64,000 nt of DNA, from contig NW_024704742.1 in the NCBI RefSeq assembly GCF_018977255.1, positions 46,440,001-46,504,000 of the forward strand. The letters are read 5' to 3'. The notes below the pieces were generated by a model. That model did not search any database and was not told the DNA's origin. It saw only the letters and a list, made by a program, of their open reading frames with translations. Both the position numbers and the translations under genes were made by a program. Positions 25,947 through 39,584 of this stretch are shown one piece after another (positions within the stretch are counted from its first letter, which is position 1; every line of letters starts with the position of its first letter). This DNA comes from Callorhinchus milii. Its lineage: Eukaryota.

Positions 25947-28854
25947 AGGCAAAACTTGAATTAGGAGGTGCTTTATCAGCTGCATGGCTCCAGTAATCCC
26001 ACTGGTTCATCAGCAGCAAACCAAATATCAAACCAAATATTCAGAAAGAGAAGGAAGTTTCACCCAGTGTCCTGATCAACTAACCCTCCAGATTAATAGG
26101 TCATGTCATGGCTGGTTGTGGGACTTTGTGGTGTGAAAATGTGGTGTTTCTGCTGCATTTATCTACCAAAAACGTCACTATACTTGGCAGTAATTATTCT
26201 ATGGCACTTTGAGATGTTTTGGTACCTAATAAGGTGTTCTAAAACTGTGAGTACTTTGTTTGATTGCTATTCTGCTTAAAATAGATCGACTGGGAATGTT
26301 AAAGTGTCTGCCTCTATTATGGATTGTGTCACTCTATTCTTAGTGGTTCCCTCATAAACATATATCAACAGGAGCACTGATATATGTTTTATTTTGATCA
26401 AAAATGGGATATTGAAAAGAGTTTCTCCCGGAGTTCTGGCCAACAATCCCCTGCATAAAATTGGTCATTCACTACATGGTTGTTTGTGGGACATTGCTAC
26501 ACATAAAATTGGCTACAACTCCCCTACAAATACTGTCATGACTTTACACTAGTCTCAAAGAAGTTTACTGTAATACATCCTGTGAAGCTCTTTGAAACAT
26601 TTTGCCAAGGTGATAACACACTATATCAATTGCAAAGATTATTATTATCTTCAGTATACATTTAATAAACGAACAATAATGGACGACTTTTATATCCTTC
26701 TCACTGAGGATTTTGAAATAAAGACATTCTGATAGAAATCCACCACCAATTTACAGCTATTTGAATTTTTCTCTCAGAGGTTGGTTTCTGGCAGCCAGTT
26801 TCTGATTAAATTCCCATGTATTCATTAACTGTTGCAATATGTGTTTCCTAAGTTAAATATATACAATATATACAAGACTAATAACATTAATAAGCCCATA
26901 TTTGGTTGACATGGATTATTAAATCAGATTCTAGAAATACATTAAATATAAAAAATAATAAACATTGAACCCCAGCAATGGCAATATCTTGTGCCTTAAT
27001 ATTCCCTTTATAAAGATTATGAAGAATCCTTACGCCTTTGTTGCCAAGGAAATATAAGTGAACTAATAGAGAGTTAATTATAAACTATAATCGTATTCAG
27101 AAAGCTGAGGTTCATTCACGATCTCTACATGTTGTGAGCTTCTGTTATTTCCATATTCAGGGTGTGGGACTGACTATTCTTGGGAGTTTTCAGAGTAACC
27201 GACGTGAAGATGGCTCCTGAGTTTTTTTGAATATTCAGGTGGCTGGGGCTAGAGTGGGCTCAGCCCTACCAATGTGCCTGCAGAGTGAGTAGTAGGAGAC
27301 TTTAAGCTGCTTCCAGCAACAGCCACAACATCCCCAGGTCCCCAGGAATCGAATGACATACACTTACCCTTTGCTTAGCCACACATTGGTCTTATAGGCA
27401 GTTACGTGCAAGCGCACACATGGGTTCTTCTGCCCTGCACAAATGCAGACGCAGCTACTTTGCTCCTTGCACAGACCACTCCGCGCCTGGACTTGGTGCA
27501 TGGTGAGATAGCCGGGAGCCTGTAAATCCACCCGTGAATGTGCTCACAATCTGCTGCCATCCATCCTCACCCTAGCTCAGAGGGGCAGAGGCGGTGGTGG
27601 TGTGCTTAGAGTTTCAGAGGTGGTGCGAGGTTTCGGACGATACTGATATGGGAGAGTGGGGCCCTGCCTTTGTGCATTGTTTTATACTTTTTGTAGGTAG
27701 CGCCCCCCCACCCACGAATCGTTGCACCCACTATTTCATGAAAATCCTGAGCCCTTTTAGAGAGCCAGTCCATCACTGTCCATATTGTTCCTGATCAGGG
27801 AGTTTGTGAACATTAAAGATTCCATGGCACTACTCAAAAGGAGTTGGTTCCAGGTTCATGGCCAACAATTGCCCAAATAAAATTGATCTTTCACTTTAAG
27901 GTTGTCTGTGAGACTTTGCATTCTCCTATAAAATATACAGTCACTGCACATTACAGTAAATCCTGTGAAACTCTTTGAGGCATCCTCTTGACATGAAATG
28001 TGCTGCAGCAAATGCAAGGATTATTAAATGATTATTTACAATTGCATTTCACATTTATGCAGCACCCTTCACATCGGGAGGAATTCTACAGGAGTGGAAA
28101 TTCCAATAATTATGGTATGGAATGCCACATTTTTCACCCCATATCTAGCAAATATAAAGTAAAAGTAATGGATAATGGGAACTTACTGTGGAATAAGCAT
28201 GCCATTGTATTTTTGCTCTCAAGCTCAGTGGATTCAGTTATAATGTTGGCTGGTGTCCTTCATGTTTCTTTATGAAATGCACTGAAATAAATGTATTTCA
28301 GGATTACAAACAGCCTCCTTGCAAAAAAATTATTTCATTTTGTCACAGAAAGTGTGCTATTATTTCGCTCTATAACCCATGAGCTGCTGAATGGTTGTGA
28401 CAGGCAAATGGTGCTTAAAAAAGTAACAACTCCATTGATTTATTGTTCGAGGTGGCTGTTACAATTTTCATTTTTTTTGCTTAAAATTCCCAAAAGTCAA
28501 AATTCTTATTCTATTTTTCGAAGACTATATTTATTCTGATCAGCTCTTTCTGTGTGTGTGCCCAAGGGAATTAGCAACTCCATTGTATTAGTTGTTTTCG
28601 ACACTTAAATTTATATGGCCACATGTGATTCCACCAAGCTCAGAATGGAAGCTTATGCCACGAAAGACACAGCTTTTTGCAGATTAAAAAAAATGAATTG
28701 TGCTTATAATTGTAAGAACAAAGAATGCTATTGGTACAATATTTTTACAGTATAGTGTTTAGATTTGAACAAAGGCCTATTGATCTTGTAAACCGGTAAA
28801 ATTAAAAAATACAAATAAATCACCTTGTTTTTAAGAAACAAAAACATGCATTTT

Positions 28855-29292
28855 TAATAATACTACTAATCCTCACATTTGACAAAATGCCTTATCACAT
28901 CATTGAGATGTCTCAAAGCAATTCGCAAGATATACTGTAAAGTGGATTGACTGTGTATTTTGGGGGCAAATGCGGCCGCCAGTTGCGTATAGCAGTGTCC
29001 CACACACAGCCATGGAATATCTGACCAATTTTATTTGTGGGATTGTTACCTGGATCTCCAGGAGAAACTGCCTTCTCTTTTCAAATACTGCCATGGGATT
29101 TTTAATGTCTACCTGAAAAGGCAGATGGGACCTCAGTTTAACATCTCACCCAAAGGACAACACCTCCAACATTGCAACATATCCCCAGCACTGCAATTGA
29201 GTGTCAACTTAGACTGTGCTTCCAAGTCCTGACGTGGGGCTTGAACTCAAAACTTGCTGACTCGAGTGCTGCCACTGAGCCAGGCTGACACA
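28855..29292 (-). mobile_element. Near full-length DeuSINE
   Basis: Ends in gccactgagccaggctgacac (head); Deu domain ccatgggatttttaatgtctacctgaa; (AAT)n tail at left. Confidence 0.88.
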
Positions 29293-30979
29293 AATTATTG
29301 TTTGCTGTTTAAACAGAGAATAATCATATATTGTTAAAAAAAATCTTATAACTGATGTGCTGAAGCCACAGTGTGCAATGGAGTTACATACTTACTTACA
29401 TTTTGAAAGGCAAAATGATATCTCAGAAAAGCAAAGGATAAAAATCTTAATGTAATCTTAGAAAAATACTGATACCAAAAGGTAAAAACAATTGTAGTTC
29501 TTGAATTATCCTGACACTGAGATTTCACGCTACTCTTCGATTTATTGCTGAGCCTTTTATTCTTGAGCCTTCACTGGGTTATTTGTAAAACAGAGACAGG
29601 GAAAGACCAAAAAATAGCACAAGAGCTGATAAAGAATTTCAGATAAAAAGCTAGAAAATGGTTAGTTTATCATTCCTCCAATCGTAGAAACAGGAGCACT
29701 GTAGCCATTTATTTCCTCCTGAATCTGCTGTTGATCAGCTACATTTTAACCTCTGCATTTTTCAAAGGAATCAGCTTCCCAGAGGACCAGAAAGTGCAGT
29801 AATAAAGCAGCCTTGCTTCTAACTATTTTTCATTTAGTAAATGTCATTATTTATCACCCACGTTTTGTGTTGCTCTTTCTAAAGTGGATCTTATCTCTCC
29901 CTCCCCACCCACTTTGTACCCAGTTCTTTCCTCGATTTCAAAATTCAGCTGTAAGAGATTCAAACCCTTTTCTCTCATGTCTCAACCTTTATATTAGCAT
30001 TTGGGGATTTTGTATCTCATGGTTTTGCCCTTCAAGGTGTTAGGGAAATGTTCTGATTGATGCTGTGGAACCTGATGCCAGCTGGAAATGAGCTCTCAGC
30101 ATTACCACATGTGCCTTCTTCCTACCAGTATGTCTCAATCGGCTCAGTATTAAAATGTTTCCCATTAATTTTCAAATGCACACACACATACACGCAGTGT
30201 TGTTTCAGTTTTCACAAATCAGCCCCCAGACCACTTACAAAATAAGATTAAAACTATTGACATCCTGCAGTACCTGGGTTTCCAATAAGTGCACTGATTC
30301 CCATGAAAACACACGGCAAATGCAGTCAAGTCTTTTGATTTGTGGTTTCTTTGTGGCTTGATGACATTGCTATTACACTGCAAGCACAAAAGTCACAGCC
30401 TGTTACAACAGCCACCTTATACTGTGCTCTGTTAATATTAAAAGTAAATCCTCAGTAAAAAAAAAAGCACTTCTGGATTTCATTCCAATTTGATGCCAAT
30501 TTCACTGTGGATTCTGCTTATAAAAATGGATCGTTCCAACTAATACATGTTTGCCAGCAGCACAGCTCCTCACACTGCTCGAGTATAACGCTGCACACCT
30601 GCTGATGGATATAGCATGTAATGTGGAAGTAATATGCTGATCAAGACAGCTCTTTATCTGAAACAGCTGCTCACTCCATGTAGTCATTGACCTGCTGTCT
30701 AAATCGGGGGCGGGGGGGCGAAACATTTTGAAATTAATCCAGTTTAACTCACATTGAATTGATGTGAATTGGATATAAGTCTCAAAGCAACTGTGTTATA
30801 ACCTCCCTTTTCTGCCTGTTTTCTCTGTCTCTTTCAAGAGATACGCTTGACTCAACTGCTTCTCTCTGATTGCTTTCTTCTCTGGCTTGCTTAGCAAGCG
30901 AGTAGAAGAAAACATCTTCTGATATCCTTCATTCTGTAAAACATTATTGCATTAATAATCATCTACATAGTAGTGTTCA

Positions 30980-31215
30980 CAACGATTGTAGTTGGTTAAA
31001 TTTTAGCAGTATCCCAATGGACATTCTGAGATATCCATGTTCTGGCAGATCTCTCAGTGATTAGGCAAGCAGGATATGTCCTTCTGGGGAGAGATTGTAC
31101 ACTCTATATCAGACAGACAGAAACCATACAAAAGTATGTGTCACCCTCAGGTTTGGATTTTGGATTGGAACTCTTAAACATAGTAATGGGTTTCTACATT
31201 TATCAGATACCCAGT
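30980..31215 (+). repeat. Dispersed repeat family X, copy 2
   Basis: tagcagtatcccaatg...attaggcaagcaggatatgtcc...ctcttaaacatagtaatgggtttc...tcagatacccag aligns with 33470-33715. Confidence 0.7.
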
Positions 31216-31737
31216 TTACTCATTTTCCCACTAAATAAAAATAATAGTAATAATACTTGCATTTAGTATAGCACCTTTCACATTGGGAGGCCATCCCAAA
31301 GCGCTACATTAAATTTACTGTTAAATAGAATGGCTGTGTATTTGCAGGTGAAAGCAGAAGCCCAATTGCACACAGCAGTGTCTCACAAACAGCCATGCAG
31401 ATACAGAAGGGGTTGCAGCAGCAAAAGTTAACAGTATTAACTGTTTCTTTTGAAACTGATCTTCATTATTTAGGTTGTTAGACCTTGCACCAGTAATAGA
31501 GTGAATTTTAATGAATAAACCAACTGCGCAGTATTTCACTGCCAGCCATTAGATTATTAGCCCAATACAATAAGATAGTTATTTTATATGAAACTACATA
31601 AGTAAATTTACATTTTAAATGTTTTTTTTGTCTCGTGAAGCCATGAAGCAAGCTGTTCAGATGACCTAACCACAGAGCTCTCGCCATGTGATGCATTCTT
31701 CTTTCCACCAATCATTAAAAAAAAGTGTTTGCAGCAA

Positions 31738-31757
31738 AGCACACCATCTAGTGGCCT
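31738..31757 (-). promoter_or_regulatory. Candidate CTCF binding site
   Basis: Minus strand AGGCCACTAGATGGTGTGC matches the CTCF core CCASYAGRKGGYR and lies outside recognisable repeats. Motif match only. Confidence 0.4.
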
Positions 31758-32149
31758 TCCTGAGAACATCAGGACACAACCATACAAATGTCAATCTAGG
31801 GTTGGACTCAAATTGCAATAAAAGAAAGAACTTTCCTTTTTATGGTGTGTTATCCTATTGAATTGTCACAAAAGCTTCATATGTAATTTCTGTTGGTACA
31901 CTGGCTATTTTTTAAACAACATTGCACCCATTTGCACCAGCAATATCCCACAAAGTGTAATGAGATGAACCACTAAGAAGGTTTGTTGGCCAGGATTCTG
32001 GAGAAATTCCCAGTTGTTTTGTTTAGTTTTGTGGGATTGTTAATATCCACCTGAACAGGTAGACAGAACATTGGTTTAATATTGCATCCATAGATAACTC
32101 CTCAAACAGTGCAGTGCCCCCCGCCCCAAAGTACTGCATTGGGGTATTA

Positions 32150-32482
32150 CAAAGCACTTCCTATCCTCCTCCCATCTCTCTAATCTGCTCCAACCCCTCT
32201 ACCCGCCCCCTTCACTCAGCTGGCTCCAGACTCCTGCACATCCCTTGTCGCCTCCGCTTCACCATCGCCCCAAAACTGTGGAACTCTTTACCTCAATATC
32301 TCCACCTCGCCTTCTCCGTGCCCAACTTCAGATCACACTTGAAGACGTTTCTCTTCAACCGAGCCTACAGTCACCTCTTTTCTCTCCCCGGCTTGGTGTG
32401 AAGTTCAACCACTGTTAAACACTCCAAGATGTTACCCTGCATGAAGGGTGCTATCTAAATGCAAGATGTTGTATTTTGTTGT
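32150..32482 (+). mobile_element. L2 3' end
   Basis: PKLWNSLPQYLHLA...FRSHLKTFLFNRAY, with terminal tgaagggtgctatctaaatgcaag. Confidence 0.88.
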
Positions 32483-32714
32483 TAACCAATTCTTTGTGCT
32501 CAAGCTTATAATGGTGCCTTAATCATTACCCAGTGATTTACTGACACAAACCCACATGAGGTATCCAGACTACTGCTATATAACAGGAGTAAACTGCTAA
32601 ATAAATTGTATTGCTAGAGATCTTTTAGCAATAAAGTAAAAGGTAATATGCTACGAAGGAGTAACATATTATGAAACATACTTAGGAACAGAAGAAGGCC
32701 ATTCAGCCCATTGA

Positions 32715-33725
32715 GTGAGGTGGATTTGTGGCAATCATGGGAGGTGGCTACAGGGAGGGAAGGCTCCAGCCTACTCTGACCTGTCACTGAGCACACTGGA
32801 GGGTAAGGTAGCTTCACGTGGGCATGTCTATTTGCCAGAGCCCCTCACACAAAGATCTGGTCAAGCAGCTGGTGATGAGTAAGCCTTGTAAGCGGCATTG
32901 GACTTGGACCTCAAGAAAATTAAGGTGGCTGACACTGCCCTATCAAGGTCCTCCCACCTCTCTGAAGGCAGATGTCCATCAGATAACTGATGAGGAAACT
33001 CTAAGGCTTGGGAAATAGCTGCTACTTGGAGTCCAACTTTGGGAATGTGCATTTGTACATCCAGTGCTTGGATTCCACCCTGATTGGTTTGCAGAGAGAT
33101 AAGCTGCTGCTGCTCAAGCACTGCACCCCCATCGCTAAATCAGAAGGAAGATGCCAACATGCATTGGCCAATGCTCTCATGCATTTCATGCTGAACTTTG
33201 TTGCCCACAAGGAAGCCCGCAGAGTGCTCAAACCCCGCTTATCTCATGTCATATTACCAGCTGTTGATGATCCTCGTGAGGGGGGAGGTAAATGGGGTTT
33301 CCATGGAGCTGAACTGGCTCCAAGGTGATATGTTTGGCAACAGAATGGGATTCTTTCCACTCAGCTCCTGTTTACCCTGTAAGGCAAAGCCCTAACTGGT
33401 AGGGTGGTCCTAGTTGGACAAGTAGCGGGAAAGCTTGTCAGGTAGTGCTTTCATTGGCAAACTCAGGTAGTTAGACTCTAGCAGTACCCCAATGACAGTC
33501 TGGGTCCCCAAGCTTTGGCTCTTGCCAAAGGTCACTAATACATTCTGAAATTAGGTAAGCAGGATGTGTCCCTCCAGAAAGAGAGTGCACATTCCATTCC
33601 AATAAGCATCTCTGGAATTCCCATGTATAGGTGAGTTGCATTGAACTCTCAATTTGGTTTGAATGCTCTTAAGCATGGTAATGGATTTCCGCATGTGTCA
33701 GACACCCAGCTGACCAATGAAAACA
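32715..33725 (+). mobile_element. Highly decayed RTE-like LINE (RT C-terminal region plus putative 3' UTR, family X copy 3)
   Basis: Frame-hopping peptides LDLDLKKIKV, ITDEETL, CYLES and FHGAELA echo RTE motifs (LxISLKKTKV, ITIDGETL, FxYLGS, LFYGEL) in the correct order. Contiguous with repeat X at 33440-33725. Confidence 0.5.
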
Positions 33726-35084
33726 AGTCTTTGAACCTTTTTCGCCAATTTATGAGAATATTACAGATTTTTAAATCCCAGTTCACGCCATGCAAATGTG
33801 CAAATAGCTGGAATTACAATGAATATATGGTGATGGGAATTTTAATGTAATGCAAATGAGGACCTTGTTGATATATTTTGGTTAGAGGTGAAATTGAAAG
33901 AAAAGTAAAGGTATCAGCATTTGGACAAATGACTGAACCAGACACCATTAGGTGTATATTTTGGAGCACATTACACTTATTAAGACTCAGGTCCCAGAGG
34001 TAAACAACACTAAGTCTCACAGACTCAGTATACTGCATGTGTTGTGTGTGTGTGTCTGTGAAGTGATTCCATTTAGTAATCACATCAAGCAGCTCAGTAT
34101 TAATACAGTATTCCTGCTGAGTGCTTCCAGCTCCTTATGATTATTTCTAAATACTGTGTATCAGTAGTGGATGGAGTGTTTTCCAATTCAATTAATTTGA
34201 ATTCCACTCCACTAATTGATCCCATAAATACTAAAAGCCTTGAAATAAATTTGTTTGCTTTTGCAGATTTAGTTCAATCTATAGCCATATTATGCACAAA
34301 TATTTTTGTTTTGTGCTACATAAGGATGGTGGAACATTGCGTTTTTCTCAAAGCTGAAATAACATATTAAATGGAACACAAACATGATTGGATGGGGGAA
34401 TATGCAGCCATTAATCATCACAGAAGAATGAAAGAAAAAAGACTATTCCATATTTATGGTCATCTCTTAAGCAGTGGCTTTTACAAGTGACTGATTTAGG
34501 TGCATGTAAATGTTATCACTGCTCTGCAGCAGTGCTCAGTTAATACGACAGAAGTAAAAAGTACACAGTGAGGAACCGGGAGATTAGCACAAAGAAAACA
34601 CTGTTAGCTGCAGTCTAGGGAGACCCAGAATACAAGTGTTTGCAAGTTACTATCAATTATTGTTATTGGAAAGTCAAAGCAGTGCATGGCTGATAGTATC
34701 CGATATTATTTCATGAATCCACGCTTTGAATATCTTAACCCATTCTTTCTACTGCACGTTCCTCTCGCCAGGTATTACACTGCCCCCAACCGATATATGA
34801 GATTCTGCTATGTAAATAGCTCATGCATAAATATATCAGCTGAAATAATAATACATGCACTTGATTTTGTGCCTTATCTTGCCATTGAGATGTCTCAAAG
34901 CATTTCACAAGATTTTATTGTGAAATTAAGTGACAGCCAATTTGTGGACAACATCATTCCACAAACAGCCATGAACATAATTCTTTCACTAGGCTTTCGG
35001 TCATTTTTCCCCTCCCAGCCTCCCTCTATTCCCACCCCCAACTCAAATACCCATCCAATATTGTAAAGATTTGAACTTCAGAGT

Positions 35085-35370
35085 CAATAGGGAAAAAAAT
35101 TATTCCCCTGGTCAGTGCGTCAGCAACTAGAGGGCATTAATTTAAGATAATGTTTTTATGGCGAGAGTAGGTAGGATATGCAATGCCTTGCCGGGAGTGG
35201 TGGTTGAGGCTAAATCCATACTGTCCTTCAAGAGGAAATAAGACAAATATCTTAATACCTTAATACCTATAACTATGGGGAAAGGGCAGGTAAATGGTCC
35301 TGAAATGATTACTCTTGAGGCGGCCGGCACAGACACAATGGGCCGAATTTCTATTGTTCTGTGGCTCTAA
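35085..35370 (+). mobile_element. CR1 3' end
   Basis: ttattcccctggtcag...aactagagggcat (TRGH), tggttgaggctaaatcc, and 3' UTR ggccggcacagacacaatgggccgaa. Confidence 0.85.
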
Positions 35371-36208
35371 CTTCCTCTTCCCTCCCCCTATTACAGTGTT
35401 GCTGTAATTTCTATCAATCCACTGATATTTTAACAGTGATTATTAATCTGCATCTCTCTGGATGATTAATACTCAATATAGTTGCACCCATGTCTTGGAG
35501 AAGAATATCTTTGGATGTTAGGTTTTGATATTTTGATGCTATTTTCTCTGATACAAGAGAGAAAATCTAGGTGTGACTGTGACAGCAAATATATTTTGCT
35601 CTGGTAATGCGATACTTGCTCTGGTCTTCAAATCCCTCTATGGTGTCACACCATGCATCCTATGAAATCTTCTCCAGCCACATATTGCAGCTTGTACCCT
35701 TTACTCTGTTGATTCTGGTCTATCGCTGCAAAAAGGGCAAACAAAATCAAAAAAACTTGCCTGTCAGAGGATTAGGATTTGATCTGAATTTTGATAATCC
35801 AAATTTTACTTCTCTTTTAAAAAATGTTGCTATATTAATAGAGCAACACAAGTCTGTATTATGCCTCCCTTTGCGCTATACAAGATGCTGTTACCTTTTT
35901 CAAAGGGCAGTAGGGAAGGCGTCACAGTCTGATCAGTATGTTAATAGGTTGGGCCAAATCAGCAAACAGGTGGATAATTTTATCACTATTTGATGAGCAG
36001 GAATGATCATTTGACCAGGCAGCAACATGATCATTTACTCCAATGAAATAATAAATGATTATTTTCTGGTCCATTTCCATTAAGACTTTAATGCTGGAAT
36101 TATACAGTTAGAGCCATTTGTTACTGCTTCCAGCAGTAAAGTGAAAGCTGTAGGAGACAGCAATTATATTCTGCACTCTAAATTCACATAAGCCACAGCT
36201 CCACTTAC

Positions 36209-36241
36209 ACAATGTCGCGCAAGCACTACCGGGTCCGTTAA
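36209..36241 (-). CDS. Candidate 33-nt internal microexon of an unidentified minus-strand host gene (LTDPVVLARHC in phase 0, or xNGPGSACATL in phase 1)
   Basis: ctgtcttgtaccag|TTAACGGACCCGGTAGTGCTTGCGCGACATTGT|gtaagtgg. Canonical acceptor, strong donor, length divisible by 3, ~50-nt AG-free zone upstream, four CpGs in 33 nt, repeat-free flanks. Confidence 0.5.
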
Positions 36242-36904
36242 CTGGTACAAGACAGTCGGTTTTGCAATGAAGTTTAAAGAGACGGGATGTTACAGACTGT
36301 TTAATGACATTAAAAAGCTTAAGAGTGGTTCACTCTACACAAGAGGTTTTTAAACCTAATTCTTCTGTTCAAAATTTCTTGAAAAATGCTTCCTGTAGTG
36401 CAAACTTGATTTATAACACAAGCACGGATTTGTTTCAATTTCTAAAACCAAACCATTTCTGAATCAATACTTGTAGTTCAGCATAAATGAGCTGTCATAT
36501 GCCTTGACTGTATGCTGCATTCATTTCTAGTTTGCATTAAAAGCATCACTATCTATTCAGATGTATGGGACTGTGAGAATTTTCTAAAGGGTTATCAATA
36601 ATTTTCATTCACCTCTGGGTCTTAATTATAATAATTAGTAATAGTGCTTAGATGTGGTATAGGGCCTTTCACGTCAGGAGGGATCTGAAAGCAGTTTACA
36701 GGATTTTACTAGAAATTGTAATGACTACATATTTGTAGGCAAAAGCAGCAGTCCAATTGTGCACAATAATGTCCTACAAACAGACATGATGAGTAACATT
36801 TGGTGGTCACGTGGTGCTTGGTATTAGCACTTGTTGCTAGCAACAACAACAATAAATTACATTTGTTTAACGCCTTTCGCATCTTGAAGACGTCCTAAGG
36901 CCTC

Positions 36905-37062
36905 TAAGGAGAGAATGCGCATTCCATTCCTGGAATCTATCTCTGGAATTTCCATGTGTAGGTGGGATGAGATGCATGGAAATCTCAGTTTGTTCTGGAT
37001 AGACTTAATCATGGCGATGGGTTTCCGCACATCTCGGACACCGAGCTGACCCTCCCAAAAAA
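36905..37062 (+). repeat. Dispersed repeat family X, copy 4
   Basis: cattccattcc...atctctggaatttccatgtgtaggtg...catggcgatgggtttccgcacatctcggacaccgagctgacc. Confidence 0.8.
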
Positions 37063-38921
37063 GACTTGGTGTGAATGGAGGCCACATCGATGGAATGAAA
37101 TGCCTTTTTCAAATAGGTCTTTGCTCTTGGTGGGCATGGCTCAATGGCACAAGATTGCCCTAATTTGTCATTTATCTGAGAATCTCATGTTCGGAGGCAA
37201 CAGAGAATGTCGGTGCGGGACATGGAAAATGATAAACTGACCCAAGTAGGAGGTGTGCTTTTGAGACTGAACAGAAAAGAGATCAGAGAGACCTTTACTC
37301 TTTCGTTAAATTTAGGTTCTGTAACCGTTGCCTGATGATTGTGTGACTGAATTAGGAACCTTGTTTCATTCTTAGGCACAAGAAGCCCACTTCATAACCA
37401 TTAAAAGGAATTCAACTAAAAAGTAATTGTGGGTGAGTTTACACCTGAGAGCCTCCACATTGATTGTGTGTCTAATTTAATTTGGATGGATTCAGTATTA
37501 AGTATGGAGTGAACTAAGAGGAACTTATTCATGGAGTACTGAAGATGTTCTATTGATCACATAAAAATCATGAAATAGTACAACTTCACCCTGTAATTGC
37601 AATTAAGAATTTCACAACTTAACAGATGAAAGAAAATAATGCTAATAATCCTTGCATTTAAAATAGTGTCTTTCATATCAGGAGGAAATCTCAAAACACT
37701 TTACAGGATTTACTGTTGTATAGTAACTGTAGTAACTGTGCATTTTGTAGGTAATGACAATCCTACTTGGATGAGTTAAGTGTGGTCTTCTTGGAGCTGA
37801 GCTGACATGCAATGTCAGAATCGAGCCAACCCTCTGTTCCTGAGACAGGCGAGTCTGCAATATTCCAGGGAACTGCTAATAACAGACCAACCACCCTGGT
37901 TTGTTAACAGGAGAAGCAGACTGGTCACTGGGAGCAGGGATTCTTCCCACTCAACTCCTTTTAACTGTAAAAGCCAAAATCCCAACAAATCCTAGCTGGA
38001 CAAGCAGCAGGAAGCTTGCCAGAAGGCTCTGTCAATAACAAGTCTCTGCTCTTGTCTGATTACACTCCACGGTATCCAACGTACACTTTGGAGTTATGCA
38101 TAATCAAACAATGTTGCATCAAAAAGATTAAAACTTCAAAATAAGACCCATGTAAAAAAATAGATTGAATCCAAAATATCTACTTGCAAACAAAAATATG
38201 TTTATACGTTAAAAAACACAATTTCCCCCCTAAAAAATCATTCAATGAATATCACTGCGTAATCAAAAGAATAAATCCTCTGTGAGAGTCACTGTAGGAA
38301 TTAACTGATAACTTTACAAACTTTGGATAAAACAAATTCCACATCATTGAAAGGGTTATAGCTGTGAAGACTGCTTGAACAGCTCCCACCTAACTTGCAC
38401 AAGAAGCTGCTGGATTCTTTGGGACTTACCTTTCAGATAATTATAATTGAAAATGCCCTGTAGAGTCTAAATGATCTTTTTCAAATTATTCTCATTGTGT
38501 CCAGAAGTTGACCTCAATCCAACCATTATCAATGATGCCCATGTTTTAGAATAGATGAAGAGGAAAATGCTCAAGTCAATATTTAGTTTAAATTTTAATT
38601 TCTTACAGTTTACATATACTCTGCTCAGTTGAGAACTGTTGATATAGTGAGTGATGGAAACCCATGATTGTTTTGGTGTCCGCTTCATATTGCTACAGTT
38701 CCCTGGGGATGTGTCAAGATTTTGGGGCCTCTGAGTCACTATTCTGTCCTTGGTTTGTGTTACTCGAGCACATCCTTGACTAATTAGATTGATGTATTTC
38801 ACTATTATTACAGGACAAGCCAGGTGAAGTGGAGGCTGGCATACCAACCCGGCTTGTCATAATTCTATTAATCTATTGATGTGGTGACGTTTACCCTACA
38901 CAAGCTCAGCAGGATTTTTTT

Positions 38922-39140
38922 CTTTGGTCAGCTGACTGTCTGACACATGGAGAAACACATCACCACTCTTAAAAGAGTATTCAAACCAGACTGAGAGTCC
39001 CACATATGTATGCCACCTAAACATAGCAGTTTATCAGTGTCTGGAATGGAACTCACACTCTCTCCCCCGAGGGACACACTCTGCTTACTTAATTCCGAAG
39101 AGTATTACGTGCAGGTTGACAAGAGACTCCAAAACATGTG
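38922..39140 (-). repeat. Dispersed repeat family X, copy 5
   Basis: ggtcagctgactgtctgacacatg...gagtattcaaaccagactgagag...gtgtctggaatggaac...ctgcttacttaatt. Confidence 0.8.
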
Positions 39141-39584
39141 TTGGAGTGATATTACATCTTTCATATTGGGAGGACATTTGTGTAGTTTATTTTGTAGAGG
39201 AGTGCATCACCCGTAGCTGTTTGTGGCTTATTGCTGTGCGCAAATTAGCTGCTATGTTCACTTTACAGTAAACCCTGCAAAGCACTTTGAGATATCCTCC
39301 CAGCATAAAAGACACTATATCAAACATAGGGATTTTTACTATTATTGGTATAATTATAATACAATGACCCAAAAACATTTATGCAACAAGAGCAATAGGG
39401 TCCAATTTTATTGGGAATTTTTAATAAGGAATCTGAGTCATGCAAACACTTCATTTTGAGACACGATCACATGAAGCAGGAAGGAAACACAACACTCAGT
39501 AATAGTGGCAGCATGGTTCAACAGCAAATTTGGAGGCAGTCAATTATTCAAGCTAGCTTTACACCCAATTATTGTGCTGACCCC

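Noticed and set aside
35120..35140. CTCF-like cagcaactagagggca
   Set aside because: It is the TRGH-coding segment of a CR1 fragment.
36831..36846. 16-bp palindrome ttgttgctagcaacaa (X-box-like)
   Set aside because: The right half is the (CAA)n tail of an L2-type insertion, so it is probably a junction coincidence.
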